A stretch of DNA of 60,690 nucleotides from an uncultured Candidatus Saccharibacteria bacterium (GCA_964624665.1 CAZUZG010000002.1:1-60690); one strand, 5' to 3'. Positions 1 to 9,594 are shown, counted from the stretch's first letter. Translations and numbers: made by a program. The notes: a model not told the origin generated them from the sequence alone.

Positions 1-161
1 CGGAAGAAGAGGCTACCGTCGAAGAAGTGACGGAACCATATCTTTTGCAATTAGGGCTCTTAGAACGCACCCCACGCGGCCGAGTAGCTACCAGAAAAGC
101 CTATGAGCATTTAGATTTTACTTATCCGGAAAATAATTCAACTCAGGACAAGCTATTGTAG
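1..161 (+). CDS. ruvB: Holliday junction helicase RuvB, C-terminal fragment (5' end outside window)
   Basis: Frame 3 reads [39 protein letters not shown]... to TAG at 159-161. This matches the conserved RuvB C-terminal motif EPYL.Q.G...RTPRGR.AT..AY.HL. Confidence 0.8.
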   Translation, partial: EEEATVEEVTEPYLLQLGLLERTPRGRVATRKAYEHLDFTYPENNSTQDKLL

Positions 162-325
162 TAATATTTCATACTCGTTTTTTATTTATACCTTACTCCG
201 ACTGTGTGTCTAATAGCTTTAGCGAAGTGTTAACTTGGAATACTTACCTGTCCGCAGTTTTAACAAAGACGGAATGTTCGAATGAAATTAAAGACTTAAT
301 ACGAACAAATCTATATGGGAAAATC

Positions 326-931
326 CTAAGCCTTTTTTATGTACCCACCTGTAGCATTCAATAAACCCTGAATACCCCAAGGGTTATTGTTTTTATCTCG
401 TATATTGAAAACTCCCTTATGGTCTTTTTGGAGTATTCCCTCCCGTTCTTTTTCAGCAAAAAAGATTACCTTGTCACCTTCATTGAAACCGTTTTGAGAG
501 ATTAGCATATTAGTAGGATCATCTTGAGGTGGAACCTTGCCACCCATCACATCCCATTCACCATAACCCTTAGCACTAAAAATCCTCATTTGTTCTTCTG
601 AATCTTGTTTTGTGATAATTTTAATAGTTTCATTCTGGGAATTATCAAGAACAATCAATTCATAAGCAGAGGTATTGGTTTTTAGAAAAATCTGACCTTT
701 ATTTTCACCTGCTCCTGATATGCGACTTATCGTTTTAGTTCCATTATCAAGATAAATAGGTTCTCCCCATTTTATATCCTTATCTAAAATTCCTTCCATT
801 TCAGTCCCTATAGGCACATTAGAAGAAGTGAATATATGTCTTTTTATGAGTTTAATTTTTCTACCCTTAGTAAGGGCTAATTTTTCAAGAAAAACTTCCT
901 CAGAGGATTTATTTTCATAATTTTCTTTCAT
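326..931 (-). CDS. hypothetical protein (201 aa)
   Basis: Long ATG-initiated ORF with no overlap with other calls. No recognisable motif. Confidence 0.5.
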   Translation of the reverse strand: MKENYENKSSEEVFLEKLALTKGRKIKLIKRHIFTSSNVPIGTEMEGILDKDIKWGEPIYLDNGTKTISRISGAGENKGQIFLKTNTSAYELIVLDNSQNETIKIITKQDSEEQMRIFSAKGYGEWDVMGGKVPPQDDPTNMLISQNGFNEGDKVIFFAEKEREGILQKDHKGVFNIRDKNNNPWGIQGLLNATGGYIKKA

Positions 932-997
932 ATGAGTATTGTAACAATGTTAATTTTTATTGTACACACCTAGGTTCAAACTTTCTACCATGGTAAC

Positions 998-1029
998 AAA
1001 AAAAAGACCCATCCTGAGATGAGTCTTTT
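998..1029 (-). terminator. intrinsic terminator downstream of the 66-aa gene
   Basis: On the minus strand, hairpin aagactcatc/gatgggtctt (one mismatch, 4-nt loop) is followed by a T-run (A-run 998-1005 on the plus strand). Confidence 0.5.
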
Positions 1030-1047
1030 ACTTTAAAGCGCTTTGGT

Positions 1048-1248
1048 TTAATAGCGTCCTTTTTTAAAATTTTTATACTTTTTCTTTTGGCTTTTATTGT
1101 AAAGCCTGCGAGCCTTCTTTTCTGAACTTTTTTTTATTGAAGTTCCCTGAGATTGGCAAAAATTATTGGTATCGCCTTTGGGCAAAGCATAAATTGATCC
1201 GGACAGGAATAACATTCCTGCAAAGATCGAAATAATGAACTTTTTCAT
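1048..1248 (-). CDS. small secreted lysine-rich protein (66 aa)
   Basis: N-terminal signal-like segment MKKFIISIFAGMLFLSGSIYA and a K/R-rich tail. Followed by its own terminator hairpin. Confidence 0.45.
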   Translation of the reverse strand: MKKFIISIFAGMLFLSGSIYALPKGDTNNFCQSQGTSIKKSSEKKARRLYNKSQKKKYKNFKKGRY

Positions 1249-1345
1249 AATTTAATTTTTATAGGTTTCTAATTGAGAGAATAACATATTTATAATATTT
1301 GTCAAGTCTTTCATAAAACCCCTTAAAAACTATAATTAAACTGTT

Positions 1346-1822
1346 ATGAAAATAATCTCTATTGATCCAGGATATGAAAGGCTCGGCATCGCAATTTTAG
1401 AAAAAACGCATGGACAAAAGGACAACTTGATTTATTCGGAATGCTTTAAGACAAGCGCAGAAATGCCTTTCAGTGAGAGGCTCGGCAACATAGGCGAAAA
1501 AATAAGGACGGTTATAGAAAAATACTATCCAGAGGCCATGGCGATCGAAACCCTTTTCCTGACCACCAACCAAAAAACCGCCATGCGGGTTTCGGAGGCA
1601 AGGGGTGTAATCATTTATGAAGCGGCCAGAGCCGGACTCAAGATCTTTGAATTTACTCCCCTGCAAATCAAAATCGCCGTATCAAGCTACGGCAAAGCCG
1701 ACAAGAAACAAGTTTATCTGATGGTGAAAAAACTGATCGACATAAGCGAGGAGATAAAATCCGACGATGAAATTGATGCGATTGCCGTAGGTTTGACCTG
1801 CCTGGCCTCGGCAAATTTTTAA
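1346..1822 (+). CDS. ruvC: crossover junction endodeoxyribonuclease RuvC
   Basis: MKIISIDPGYERLGIAILEK... is the RuvC N-terminal catalytic Asp motif. Size is 158 aa, and a C-terminal acidic DDEIDAIAVGL motif is present. Confidence 0.9.
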   Translation: MKIISIDPGYERLGIAILEKTHGQKDNLIYSECFKTSAEMPFSERLGNIGEKIRTVIEKYYPEAMAIETLFLTTNQKTAMRVSEARGVIIYEAARAGLKIFEFTPLQIKIAVSSYGKADKKQVYLMVKKLIDISEEIKSDDEIDAIAVGLTCLASANF

Positions 1823-1918
1823 GATATCCACAGCATTTATAAACAGCTGTTGCCAAAAATAAATCTTTTTGGTAAATATTAAAAATCGTATTTTTATTAT
1901 TAATTTTTTAGAGCAAAT

Positions 1919-2059
1919 ATGTACGACGATAACATTTTAAACAGCGAAGAAGATACTGATCTTAACCCTATGGCAATCGATGATATAGATGATGAAGAAG
2001 AATTTCTAGATGATGATGTCTTGGGTTCAATAGATGAAGAGGAAGAAGAGGCATATTAA
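1919..2059 (+). CDS. unannotated hyper-acidic small ORF (46 aa)
   Basis: ATG 1919 to TAA 2057-2059 encodes MYDDNILNSEEDTDLNPMAIDDIDDEEEFLDDDVLGSIDEEEEEAY. It ends directly at a strong hairpin terminator and is below the ORF-track size cutoff. Confidence 0.35.
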   Translation: MYDDNILNSEEDTDLNPMAIDDIDDEEEFLDDDVLGSIDEEEEEAY

Positions 2060-2060
2060 A

Positions 2061-2089
2061 ACAAAACCCCCGCATTGCGGGGGTTTTGT
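2061..2089. terminator. bidirectional intrinsic terminator between the acidic ORF and tyrS
   Basis: Perfect palindrome acaaaacccccgc-att-gcgggggttttgt flanked by A- and T-runs, between convergent genes. Confidence 0.7.
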
Positions 2090-3457
2090 TTATATGACGA
2101 CTTTGACGAATCTTTTTTTGCCAATCCGGAAAATTGAGGTTTGAGAAACTTTAAAATGATAATCGGCGACAAATTCGTTATTTTCCAAATTTTCAATGGC
2201 CCTCTCGTCGACAAGCCGAGTAAATTCGCTTTTAGATTTTAAAATGTTGTTTTTAACAAGCAAATCAGAAAAATTTTCTGTTTCTAATCCCTTAATTTCC
2301 GGAATATCTATAGGGATTTCTTTTTTCTGAAAAACATTGATGAAATTTGTTTCAGCCCTTTTTGAAGATTCTTCGCCATGATAAATAGCAACGATTTCTC
2401 TGGCTAATCTCATTTTTAAATCGCGCGGATTTGTCTTGTCTGATTGCAAGCTTTTTTTGATTTCTTCAATCTCAGAAACAGGAGCATAGGTGCAGAGTTC
2501 GAAATAATTTGGAATTGAAGCATCTGGAATCGACATAACCTTGCCAAAAATTTCTTCCGGGCTGTCGGTGATGCCGATATAATTGCCCAGGCTTTTGCTC
2601 ATCTTTTCCTTGCCGTCGGTGCCCTCCAAGATTTTAAAAGAAAGCACGGCTTGGGGTTCTTTTTTGCTGATCTCCATGACTTCCCTGCCCATCAGCATAT
2701 TGAAGGTCTGGTCGCTGCCGCCGACCTCCAGATCGCATGAGCCATAAACACTGGCAATTGCATTCGAGTCAATGCCTTGAAGGATCGGATACATCATCTC
2801 GTGCATAAAAACGGGTTCGCCGTTTTTAATGCGGTCTTGAAACATGTCTCTTTCGATCAATCGATTGAAGCTGATTCTCCTTAAAAAAGAGAGGAGGTTG
2901 ATCAGGGTGTAATTGTTTATGTTGTCTTTTTGCCTTCTGGTTTCAACCCAATGCATGGCCTTGGCTTTAACATGATTGCCGGGCAAAAAACCATTTTCAT
3001 CTTTATACTTATTTTCCGGAGCCAAAACATCATTGATTGAAACAAACCAGTCTGAATTCATTGTCCACTCAAAAACCTTCGGATCTTTAAGGAGAATTTT
3101 GTCGACCTGATCCAAATAGCTCTTCATATTCTGCTGTATTTCTAAAATCTCGAGTTCTGGTCGAACTTTGCTTTTACCGGTCGGATCGCCGATAAGGGCG
3201 GTAATATCGCCAATAAGAAAAACAACCTTGCAGCCTAGATCTTGAAATTTTCGAAGTTTTCTCAAAACGACGGCATGGCCGAGATGAATATCCGGCCGAG
3301 TCGGATCTACGCCAAACTTGATAATGATATCTTTGGGATATTGGCCGTCTATTTTATTTTGGATTTTTTCCTTGAATTTGCCGTTCGGATCTATAAACTC
3401 ACCGACTCCGCGAGCAAATAAGTCATCTAGCTCGGATTCCTTTATTTTCATATGCAA
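2090..3457 (-). CDS. tyrS: tyrosine--tRNA ligase
   Basis: Class I signatures HLGH (DIHLGHAV) and KMSKS (KMSKSLGNYIG). TyrRS-like LIGDPTGKS motif and a C-terminal S4-like domain. Confidence 0.9.
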   Translation of the reverse strand: MHMKIKESELDDLFARGVGEFIDPNGKFKEKIQNKIDGQYPKDIIIKFGVDPTRPDIHLGHAVVLRKLRKFQDLGCKVVFLIGDITALIGDPTGKSKVRPELEILEIQQNMKSYLDQVDKILLKDPKVFEWTMNSDWFVSINDVLAPENKYKDENGFLPGNHVKAKAMHWVETRRQKDNINNYTLINLLSFLRRISFNRLIERDMFQDRIKNGEPVFMHEMMYPILQGIDSNAIASVYGSCDLEVGGSDQTFNMLMGREVMEISKKEPQAVLSFKILEGTDGKEKMSKSLGNYIGITDSPEEIFGKVMSIPDASIPNYFELCTYAPVSEIEEIKKSLQSDKTNPRDLKMRLAREIVAIYHGEESSKRAETNFINVFQKKEIPIDIPEIKGLETENFSDLLVKNNILKSKSEFTRLVDERAIENLENNEFVADYHFKVSQTSIFRIGKKRFVKVVI

Positions 3458-3524
3458 TATCTTAGCACATCGCGATTTTTTTGTCTGTTTTGGTTTTTTA
3501 ATGTGTTATGATATACATAACCCT

Positions 3525-6041
3525 ATGAAAAATAAAGGTCTTTTTGCCAAAAAATGGCTTGTCTTTGGTTCCAGCTTAATAATCTTCTTTTCCGGAATTA
3601 TCCTATTTTGGTTCGGCAACATCCAAATACCCGATTTCAGGTCGCTCGACGAAAGAAAAATTCAGAGCTCGACTAAAATCTACGACCGAACCGGAAAAAT
3701 ACTCTTATATGACATACATGAAAATGTAAAAAGAACCAATATCCCCTTTTCTGAAATGGGCGCTTATATAAAAAACAGCACGGTTGCGGTCGAGGACAGC
3801 GAATTCTATCAGCATGGCGGAATAAGAGTTAAATCGATCATAAGAGCTGTTTTCGTCAACCTGCTCCACGGCAAATTTTCCCAAGGCGGTTCGACCATAA
3901 CCCAGCAAATCGTAAAAAACAGCCTTCTGACAAATGAAAAAACTATTTCCAGAAAAATAAAGGAGTGGATTTTATCGGTAAAAATAGACAAAACTTTCAG
4001 CAAAGACCAAATTCTTGAGATTTATCTAAACGAGGCCCCGTATGGCGGCAACATTTATGGCATCAAAGAAGCCGCCCAAGCTTTTTTCGGCAAAGAACCA
4101 AAAAATTTAACCTTGGCTGAATCAGCTTACTTGGCGTCTATTCCGAATGCGCCGACATTTTATTCGCCTTACGGAAAAAATAAAGACAAATTAGAAGAAA
4201 GAAAGAATTTTACCTTGGGCAGAATGAAAGAATTGAATTTTATAAGTGAAGAAGAATACAATAATGCTAAAGATGAAAAAGTAATTTTTCTCCCACAGGA
4301 ACCGTTTGGCATAAAGGCTCCGCATTTCGTTTTTTTCGTCAAGGAATATTTGGAAAATCGCTACGGCCAGGATGTCATCGAGAGAGGCGGCCTAAAAGTA
4401 ACAACAACCTTAGACTACAACTTGGAACAAAAAGCTGAAGAAATTGTCTTGAAATATGCCAAGCAGAACGAAGTTAAATTTAAAGGTAAAAATGCCAGCC
4501 TGGTGGCCATGGATCCAAAAACTGGCCAAATCTTGGTCATGGTCGGATCGAGAGATTATTTTGATAAAGAAATCGACGGCAATTTCAATGTCGCTTTGGC
4601 GAACAGACAGCCGGGATCGTCTTTCAAGCCATTTGTTTACGCTACGGCCTTTAAAAAAGGCTACACTCCGAATACGGTGGTTTTTGACCTGCCGACAGAA
4701 TTCCAGACGACCTGCGATCCATACGGCAAAACCTTGCCTGAATACAAGCAAGCAGACTGCTATATGCCGGAAAACTATGACGGCAAATTCCGCGGCCCAA
4801 TGACTCTAAGAGACGCTTTAGCGCAATCGATAAACATACCCGCGGTAAAAATGTTTTATCTTTCCGGCTTGGAAGACACCTTAAAAACTGCCAGGGATCT
4901 TGGAATTACAACTTTAAACGACCCAAAAAGATACGGTTTGACTTTGGTGCTCGGCGGCGGGGAAGTTTCATTATTGGATATGACATCGGCTTATGGAGCC
5001 TTTGCCCAGAATGGAATCCGTCATCCGGTCCAAAAAATACTGAAAATTGAAGATGAGTCCGGAAACATCTTGGAAGAATTTAAAGACAGCTCACAGCAGG
5101 CATTGCCGAAAAATGTCGCTCTGATGATTTCAGAGATACTTTCCGACAGCAAGGCAAGAACTCCCTTGTTCGGGTCGAATTCAGCGGTTGATTTTGGAAA
5201 CAGAGAAGTGGCCTTAAAAACCGGTACAACCAATGATTATCGCGACACCTGGATCATGGGCTATACGCCATCGATTGTTGCCGGCGCCTGGGCTGGCAAC
5301 AATGATAATACGCCTATGGAGAAAAAAACTTCAGGCTTAATCGTCGCTCCGCTCTGGGGCGAATTTATGAAAGAAGCCCTAAAAGGGCTGCCAATAGAAA
5401 ATTTTGAAAAACTGGCAGTTCTGGACGATTTTATAATCAAGCCAGTCCTCCGAGGTTCTTGGCATGGAAACGAAAGTTTTTTTATCGATAAGATATCTGG
5501 CAAATTGGCAACTGAAAACACACCGAAAGAAACCGCTGAAGAAAAAGTCATTACGAATGTGCATTCAATATTGTATTGGGTATCTAAAAATGATCCATTG
5601 GGCCCTCAGCCGGAAAATCCAAACAATGATCCGCAATTCAAGAGATGGGAAACACCTATCCAAAACTGGTGGGCAAATCATCAAAATGAATTCCCTGTTA
5701 TAAAATCTTCTGATAAGCCTATTCTGACAGACGATATTCATGTGCCGGAAAAGAAACCGAATGTTTCCATAAATGAGCCAAATCAAAATAAAGTTTACGG
5801 CCTAAATGATGGAATTGATTTGGTTATTTCCAATAATAGTTTTTATCCGCTTAAGAAATTAGACATTTTCATCAACGGCGCATATGTCAGCTCAGTTAAA
5901 AATCCACCTTTTATCTTTCATTTTAATCCTGGTGAAATAGCCTCTATTAAAGACCAGAATGAAATAAAAATAATCGCCCAAGACGCAGTTTACAACACTT
6001 CCGTCAGCACCGGCATGTTTGCGGTCAGCCTGAATAACTAG
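3525..6041 (+). CDS. ponA: class A penicillin-binding protein (transglycosylase + transpeptidase)
   Basis: GT51 motifs (EDSEFYQHGG, GGSTITQQ) and transpeptidase motifs (SSFKP, KTGTTND) after an N-terminal TM segment. Start is moved to ATG 3525 (MKNKGLFAKKW) because the upstream part of the ORF overlaps tyrS. Confidence 0.9.
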   Translation: MKNKGLFAKKWLVFGSSLIIFFSGIILFWFGNIQIPDFRSLDERKIQSSTKIYDRTGKILLYDIHENVKRTNIPFSEMGAYIKNSTVAVEDSEFYQHGGIRVKSIIRAVFVNLLHGKFSQGGSTITQQIVKNSLLTNEKTISRKIKEWILSVKIDKTFSKDQILEIYLNEAPYGGNIYGIKEAAQAFFGKEPKNLTLAESAYLASIPNAPTFYSPYGKNKDKLEERKNFTLGRMKELNFISEEEYNNAKDEKVIFLPQEPFGIKAPHFVFFVKEYLENRYGQDVIERGGLKVTTTLDYNLEQKAEEIVLKYAKQNEVKFKGKNASLVAMDPKTGQILVMVGSRDYFDKEIDGNFNVALANRQPGSSFKPFVYATAFKKGYTPNTVVFDLPTEFQTTCDPYGKTLPEYKQADCYMPENYDGKFRGPMTLRDALAQSINIPAVKMFYLSGLEDTLKTARDLGITTLNDPKRYGLTLVLGGGEVSLLDMTSAYGAFAQNGIRHPVQKILKIEDESGNILEEFKDSSQQALPKNVALMISEILSDSKARTPLFGSNSAVDFGNREVALKTGTTNDYRDTWIMGYTPSIVAGAWAGNNDNTPMEKKTSGLIVAPLWGEFMKEALKGLPIENFEKLAVLDDFIIKPVLRGSWHGNESFFIDKISGKLATENTPKETAEEKVITNVHSILYWVSKNDPLGPQPENPNNDPQFKRWETPIQNWWANHQNEFPVIKSSDKPILTDDIHVPEKKPNVSINEPNQNKVYGLNDGIDLVISNNSFYPLKKLDIFINGAYVSSVKNPPFIFHFNPGEIASIKDQNEIKIIAQDAVYNTSVSTGMFAVSLNN

Positions 6042-6295
6042 AATATATCTTTGAATTTCCGCTTTTCAAAACAATTATTCAAATCATTTAAAATTTTTTC
6101 TTTCTTGAAAAAAATTTCGTTTTTAATATAATTGTTTTCTTTCAAGTAAATAATGTTGTTTTTTATTTCAATGTCTTTTTCTTTAATTATTACATTGATA
6201 TTTTGTTTTATAACCAGACTGATTGTTTCTCTTAGATTACTGTCATCTTTGATGATTTTCCTGAATTTTTCTAAAAAATCTGAGATATTTTGCAT
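6038..6295 (-). CDS. small protein downstream of dnaN, possibly DUF721/DciA-like
   Basis: An 85-aa ORF 10 nt after the dnaN stop. The position and the pattern IEIKNNIIYLKENNYIKNEIFFKKEKILNDLN resemble DUF721. This is weak, by-eye evidence only. Confidence 0.4.
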   Translation of the reverse strand: MQNISDFLEKFRKIIKDDSNLRETISLVIKQNINVIIKEKDIEIKNNIIYLKENNYIKNEIFFKKEKILNDLNNCFEKRKFKDIF

Positions 6296-6305
6296 TTGAT
6301 TTCAA

Positions 6306-7403
6306 CTATCTATTCATCGGCATAATCAAATAAGTAAAACTATTATTGCCAACTCCCTTAATTATCAAAGGCTTATTTGTTTGGTCAAAATAAAGAGTCA
6401 GGCTATCTTCACTAATAGACTGGAAACAGTCTAAGAAGTATTTATAATTAAAGCTTATTTCCAAATCTTTGCCTGAAAGAGCAGCTTCTATTTTTGTATT
6501 ATTTTCACCAATATCAGAATTTTGAGAGTTTATTTCAAATAATTTTTCCTTGGGCCGGATCTTTAAATTTATTTGATTAAACTTATCGGAAAAAACATTG
6601 GCGACCTTCAAAGCATTTAATAAATCCTGCTTTAAAACAACAACTTCCGTGCTAGACTCCTTTGGAATAATCTGTTTGTAATCCGGAAAAACTCCGTCTA
6701 TCACCCTGGATGTCAAATAAATGCCATCGTATGATATGGATATAATATTTTTATTGAAGCATATTCCAATATCATCATCCACATCGCCAAATAACTTAAT
6801 TATCTCGGTTATATTTTTAAACGGTATTAAAACACCGCTAAAGTCATTTAGGCTCTTATTTTTTATCTTTTTTTCAGCAAGCCTGAAAGAATCTGTGGCG
6901 ACAAAAACCAAACTATCATCCTCGGAATAAATATAAATACTTGAAATTTCAGGCTTTATATCAGAAATACTGGAACTGTAATAAACAGATTTTATGCCAT
7001 CGATAAACTTTTTAGCTGATATGTTAAAACCTGAGCCTGAAACCATCGGAATGGTCGGAAAATCCTCATGAGAATAACTTTTTATCAAAAGGTTATTATT
7101 CTTGGTTAAAACCCTGAGATTATCATTTACAAGCTCCAAAATGACCGATTTATCCTCTGATAAATTTGAAAAAATATTACTTAGGACTTCTCCCTTAATG
7201 ACAGAAATTCCTTCTTTTGAAACCTTAGCCGGTATTTCAATTTCTATGCCAATATTTAAATTGGTAGCCCTTAGCTTTAAAGAATTGCCGCTTCCAGCCA
7301 ATAAAATTGAATTCAATATTGGCAAACTCAGATTTTTACTGGTTACCCTTTCTGTCTTAAGAATCGCATTTTTTAATTTTTCCAGTGAGCATTCTATTTT
7401 CAT
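6306..7403 (-). CDS. dnaN: DNA polymerase III beta sliding clamp
   Basis: 365 aa. The N-terminus MKIECSLEKLKNAILKTERVTSKNLSLPILNSILL is typical of DnaN, and the gene sits next to dnaA. Confidence 0.95.
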   Translation of the reverse strand: MKIECSLEKLKNAILKTERVTSKNLSLPILNSILLAGSGNSLKLRATNLNIGIEIEIPAKVSKEGISVIKGEVLSNIFSNLSEDKSVILELVNDNLRVLTKNNNLLIKSYSHEDFPTIPMVSGSGFNISAKKFIDGIKSVYYSSSISDIKPEISSIYIYSEDDSLVFVATDSFRLAEKKIKNKSLNDFSGVLIPFKNITEIIKLFGDVDDDIGICFNKNIISISYDGIYLTSRVIDGVFPDYKQIIPKESSTEVVVLKQDLLNALKVANVFSDKFNQINLKIRPKEKLFEINSQNSDIGENNTKIEAALSGKDLEISFNYKYFLDCFQSISEDSLTLYFDQTNKPLIIKGVGNNSFTYLIMPMNR

Positions 7404-7600
7404 ATTAATTTAATTATTTTATATATAAATACTTACTACTATTACTAAGGCTGTGGATATGTGGATAAGCATCTTTCATCTTTATTTATAAATTGTTTTT
7501 TGTATTTTTGAATTCATTTTAAAATTTAAATTCTGTTGATTTTTATTTTTTAAATTTAATTTGGATTTTTAATCCAATACTTATTCTCATCTTTTCAACA
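7404..7600. promoter_or_regulatory. putative oriC segment (dnaA-dnaN spacer) with DnaA boxes and AT-rich tracts
   Basis: tgtggatat (7452-7460) abuts the perfect box tgtggataa (7460-7468, complement of TTATCCACA). Long A/T runs lie at 7490-7590. Confidence 0.6.
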
Positions 7601-8950
7601 TCATTTAAACATCATTCTAATCTGTTCCAATTCCTCCCCCAGCTGCGAATCATTCTTTAAATCATTTTTAATTTTGGAAAAGGAATGAATTACAGTGGTG
7701 TGATCCTTGCCACCGAGCTTTTGGCCGATTAACGGATATGAAACATTAAAATCTTCTCTCAGAATATACATGACCATTTGCCTGGCGCGGACAATTTCCT
7801 TTCGCCTAGTTTTTTCATAAATGCTTTCTTCACTGAGATTGTAAAAATCGCTGACAATTTTAACCACTTCTTTTATAGAGACATTTTTCTTCGGCTTAAT
7901 ATTGTTTTTGATCAGGTTTTTTATTTCATTTAGGTTTAAATCCTTGTTTTTTAGGCGAGCTTGGCAAATTACGGCATTTAAACTGCCTTCCAATTCCCTG
8001 ATATTGCCGCAGATTGAAGAAGCGATGTATTCCAAGGCTTCTGACGGCAGATTGAAATCATTTTCCTTCATTTTAGCTTTTAAAATAGCCAGTCTTGATT
8101 CATATTCCGGTTCTAATATATCGACGATCATGCCGGCTGAAAACCTTGATTTCAAACGGTCCTCCAGTCCGGGAATATAATTCGGATGCTTGTCGGATGA
8201 AAATATGATTTGCTTGTTGTTTTCATAAAAAACATTAAACATATGAAAAAGCTCTTCTTGTGTTTTTTCCATTTTTCCGACGAACTGGATATCATCAATG
8301 ATAATGACATCATATTTTCTATATTTTTCTTTGAAGGAATTTATTTTATTGGTTTGGATGGAGTTGATATAATCCGTGGCAAACTTTTCCAAAGTTATGT
8401 AGTAAACTTTTTTTTCAGGATATTTCGACTTGATTGTATTGCCGACAGCTTGAATCATATGAGTTTTGCCCAAGCCTGTGCCACCGTAGATAAAAAATGG
8501 ATTGTAGGCCTGGCCCGGCCTGGTGATGATGGCCTGAGACGCGGCATGGGCTAATTCATTGAATGAACCGACTATAAAAGAATTAAAAACATATCGCGGA
8601 TTCAAATTGTCTTCCTTGTTCACATAGAGATCCTTAAGAGGCAATTCCTTATTTATAAAGTCTTGCTCCGTGTTTTTAACTAAATCGGCTTTTTTTGGCT
8701 CAAATTTAGTTATGACATATTCGATATTTCTGACATCATCATAAAAGTTTCTAAAGGTTTTCAGTATCACATTGTGGTATTTTGTTGAAAGCCAGTCTTT
8801 GACGAATTCATTTGGCACGCCTATATACACAACCTTTCCTTCTTCCTTTAAAACATGAGTATTTTTAAACCAGGTACTGAAATTGGCCTTTGAAACGGTA
8901 GATTCTATTTCTAAAAGACAGTTATCCCAAAGTTGTTTAAAATCAGACAT
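7601..8950 (-). CDS. dnaA: chromosomal replication initiator DnaA
   Basis: Walker A GGTGLGKTH, Walker B IIIDDIQF and the C-terminal DNA-binding domain (HTTVIHS) are present. Confidence 0.97.
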   Translation of the reverse strand: MSDFKQLWDNCLLEIESTVSKANFSTWFKNTHVLKEEGKVVYIGVPNEFVKDWLSTKYHNVILKTFRNFYDDVRNIEYVITKFEPKKADLVKNTEQDFINKELPLKDLYVNKEDNLNPRYVFNSFIVGSFNELAHAASQAIITRPGQAYNPFFIYGGTGLGKTHMIQAVGNTIKSKYPEKKVYYITLEKFATDYINSIQTNKINSFKEKYRKYDVIIIDDIQFVGKMEKTQEELFHMFNVFYENNKQIIFSSDKHPNYIPGLEDRLKSRFSAGMIVDILEPEYESRLAILKAKMKENDFNLPSEALEYIASSICGNIRELEGSLNAVICQARLKNKDLNLNEIKNLIKNNIKPKKNVSIKEVVKIVSDFYNLSEESIYEKTRRKEIVRARQMVMYILREDFNVSYPLIGQKLGGKDHTTVIHSFSKIKNDLKNDSQLGEELEQIRMMFK

Positions 8951-9045
8951 AATGTAATTATAATCTTTTTAAAAAAATTAAAAATTTGAAAACCTTTATT
9001 AACCTGTTGATAATATGTGAACAGTAGTATATACTAGCCTTAACT

Positions 9046-9180
9046 ATGTCACAAACATATCAACCCAAAAAAGGAAAAAGGAAAAAGACCCACGGTTTCC
9101 TCGTGCGATCTTCGACCAAGTCCGGACAACAGGTATTGAAGCGCAGGATGAAAAAAGGGCGCGCCAAGCTAACTGTCTAA
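9046..9180 (+). CDS. rpmH: 50S ribosomal protein L34
   Basis: Encodes [44 protein letters not shown] (44 aa). It lies immediately upstream of rnpA and is not in the ORF track because it is shorter than 60 aa. Confidence 0.9.
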   Translation: MSQTYQPKKGKRKKTHGFLVRSSTKSGQQVLKRRMKKGRAKLTV

Positions 9181-9182
9181 AA

Positions 9183-9554
9183 ATGCTGCCAAAAAAGAAC
9201 AGAATCCAAAGAGATGCGTTTGGATCTGTCTTCAAGCAGACCTCGTCTGTTAACGGTAAATATTTAACGCTAAGATTTATAAAACCTCCGCAGATTCCAG
9301 CAGAAAACTTGAAAGAGACCAAGGTTTCTTTTGTTGTGTCTAAAACTGTTGCCAAAAAGGCTGTAATTAGGAATAAGCTCAGGAGGTGGGGCTATAACAT
9401 TATCGGGCAGAATTTGCCAAAATTCAATTATCCGGCTTTTTTGATTTTTTTATTTAAAAAAGAAGCCAATAATCTTTCCAATAAAGAATTGGAGCAAGAA
9501 ATCATTTCTTTACTTGAAAAAATAAGAATCTTTGACCCCGTCGCTCGCGAGTGA
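9183..9554 (+). CDS. rnpA: ribonuclease P protein component
   Basis: 123 aa and basic. It occupies the canonical rpmH-rnpA-yidC position and has the motif AVIRNKLRRW. Confidence 0.85.
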   Translation: MLPKKNRIQRDAFGSVFKQTSSVNGKYLTLRFIKPPQIPAENLKETKVSFVVSKTVAKKAVIRNKLRRWGYNIIGQNLPKFNYPAFLIFLFKKEANNLSNKELEQEIISLLEKIRIFDPVARE

Positions 9555-9557
9555 CAG
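9538..9557. repeat. GC-rich palindrome, copy 1 (ccgtcgctcgcgagtgacag)
   Basis: Imperfect 20-nt palindrome overlapping the rnpA stop codon. It shares gtcgctcgcgag(c/t)gacag with 40273-40296. Confidence 0.5.
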
Positions 9558-9594
9558 AGTTTGATTTTAAGAGCATTTAAGATACAATTACCAG

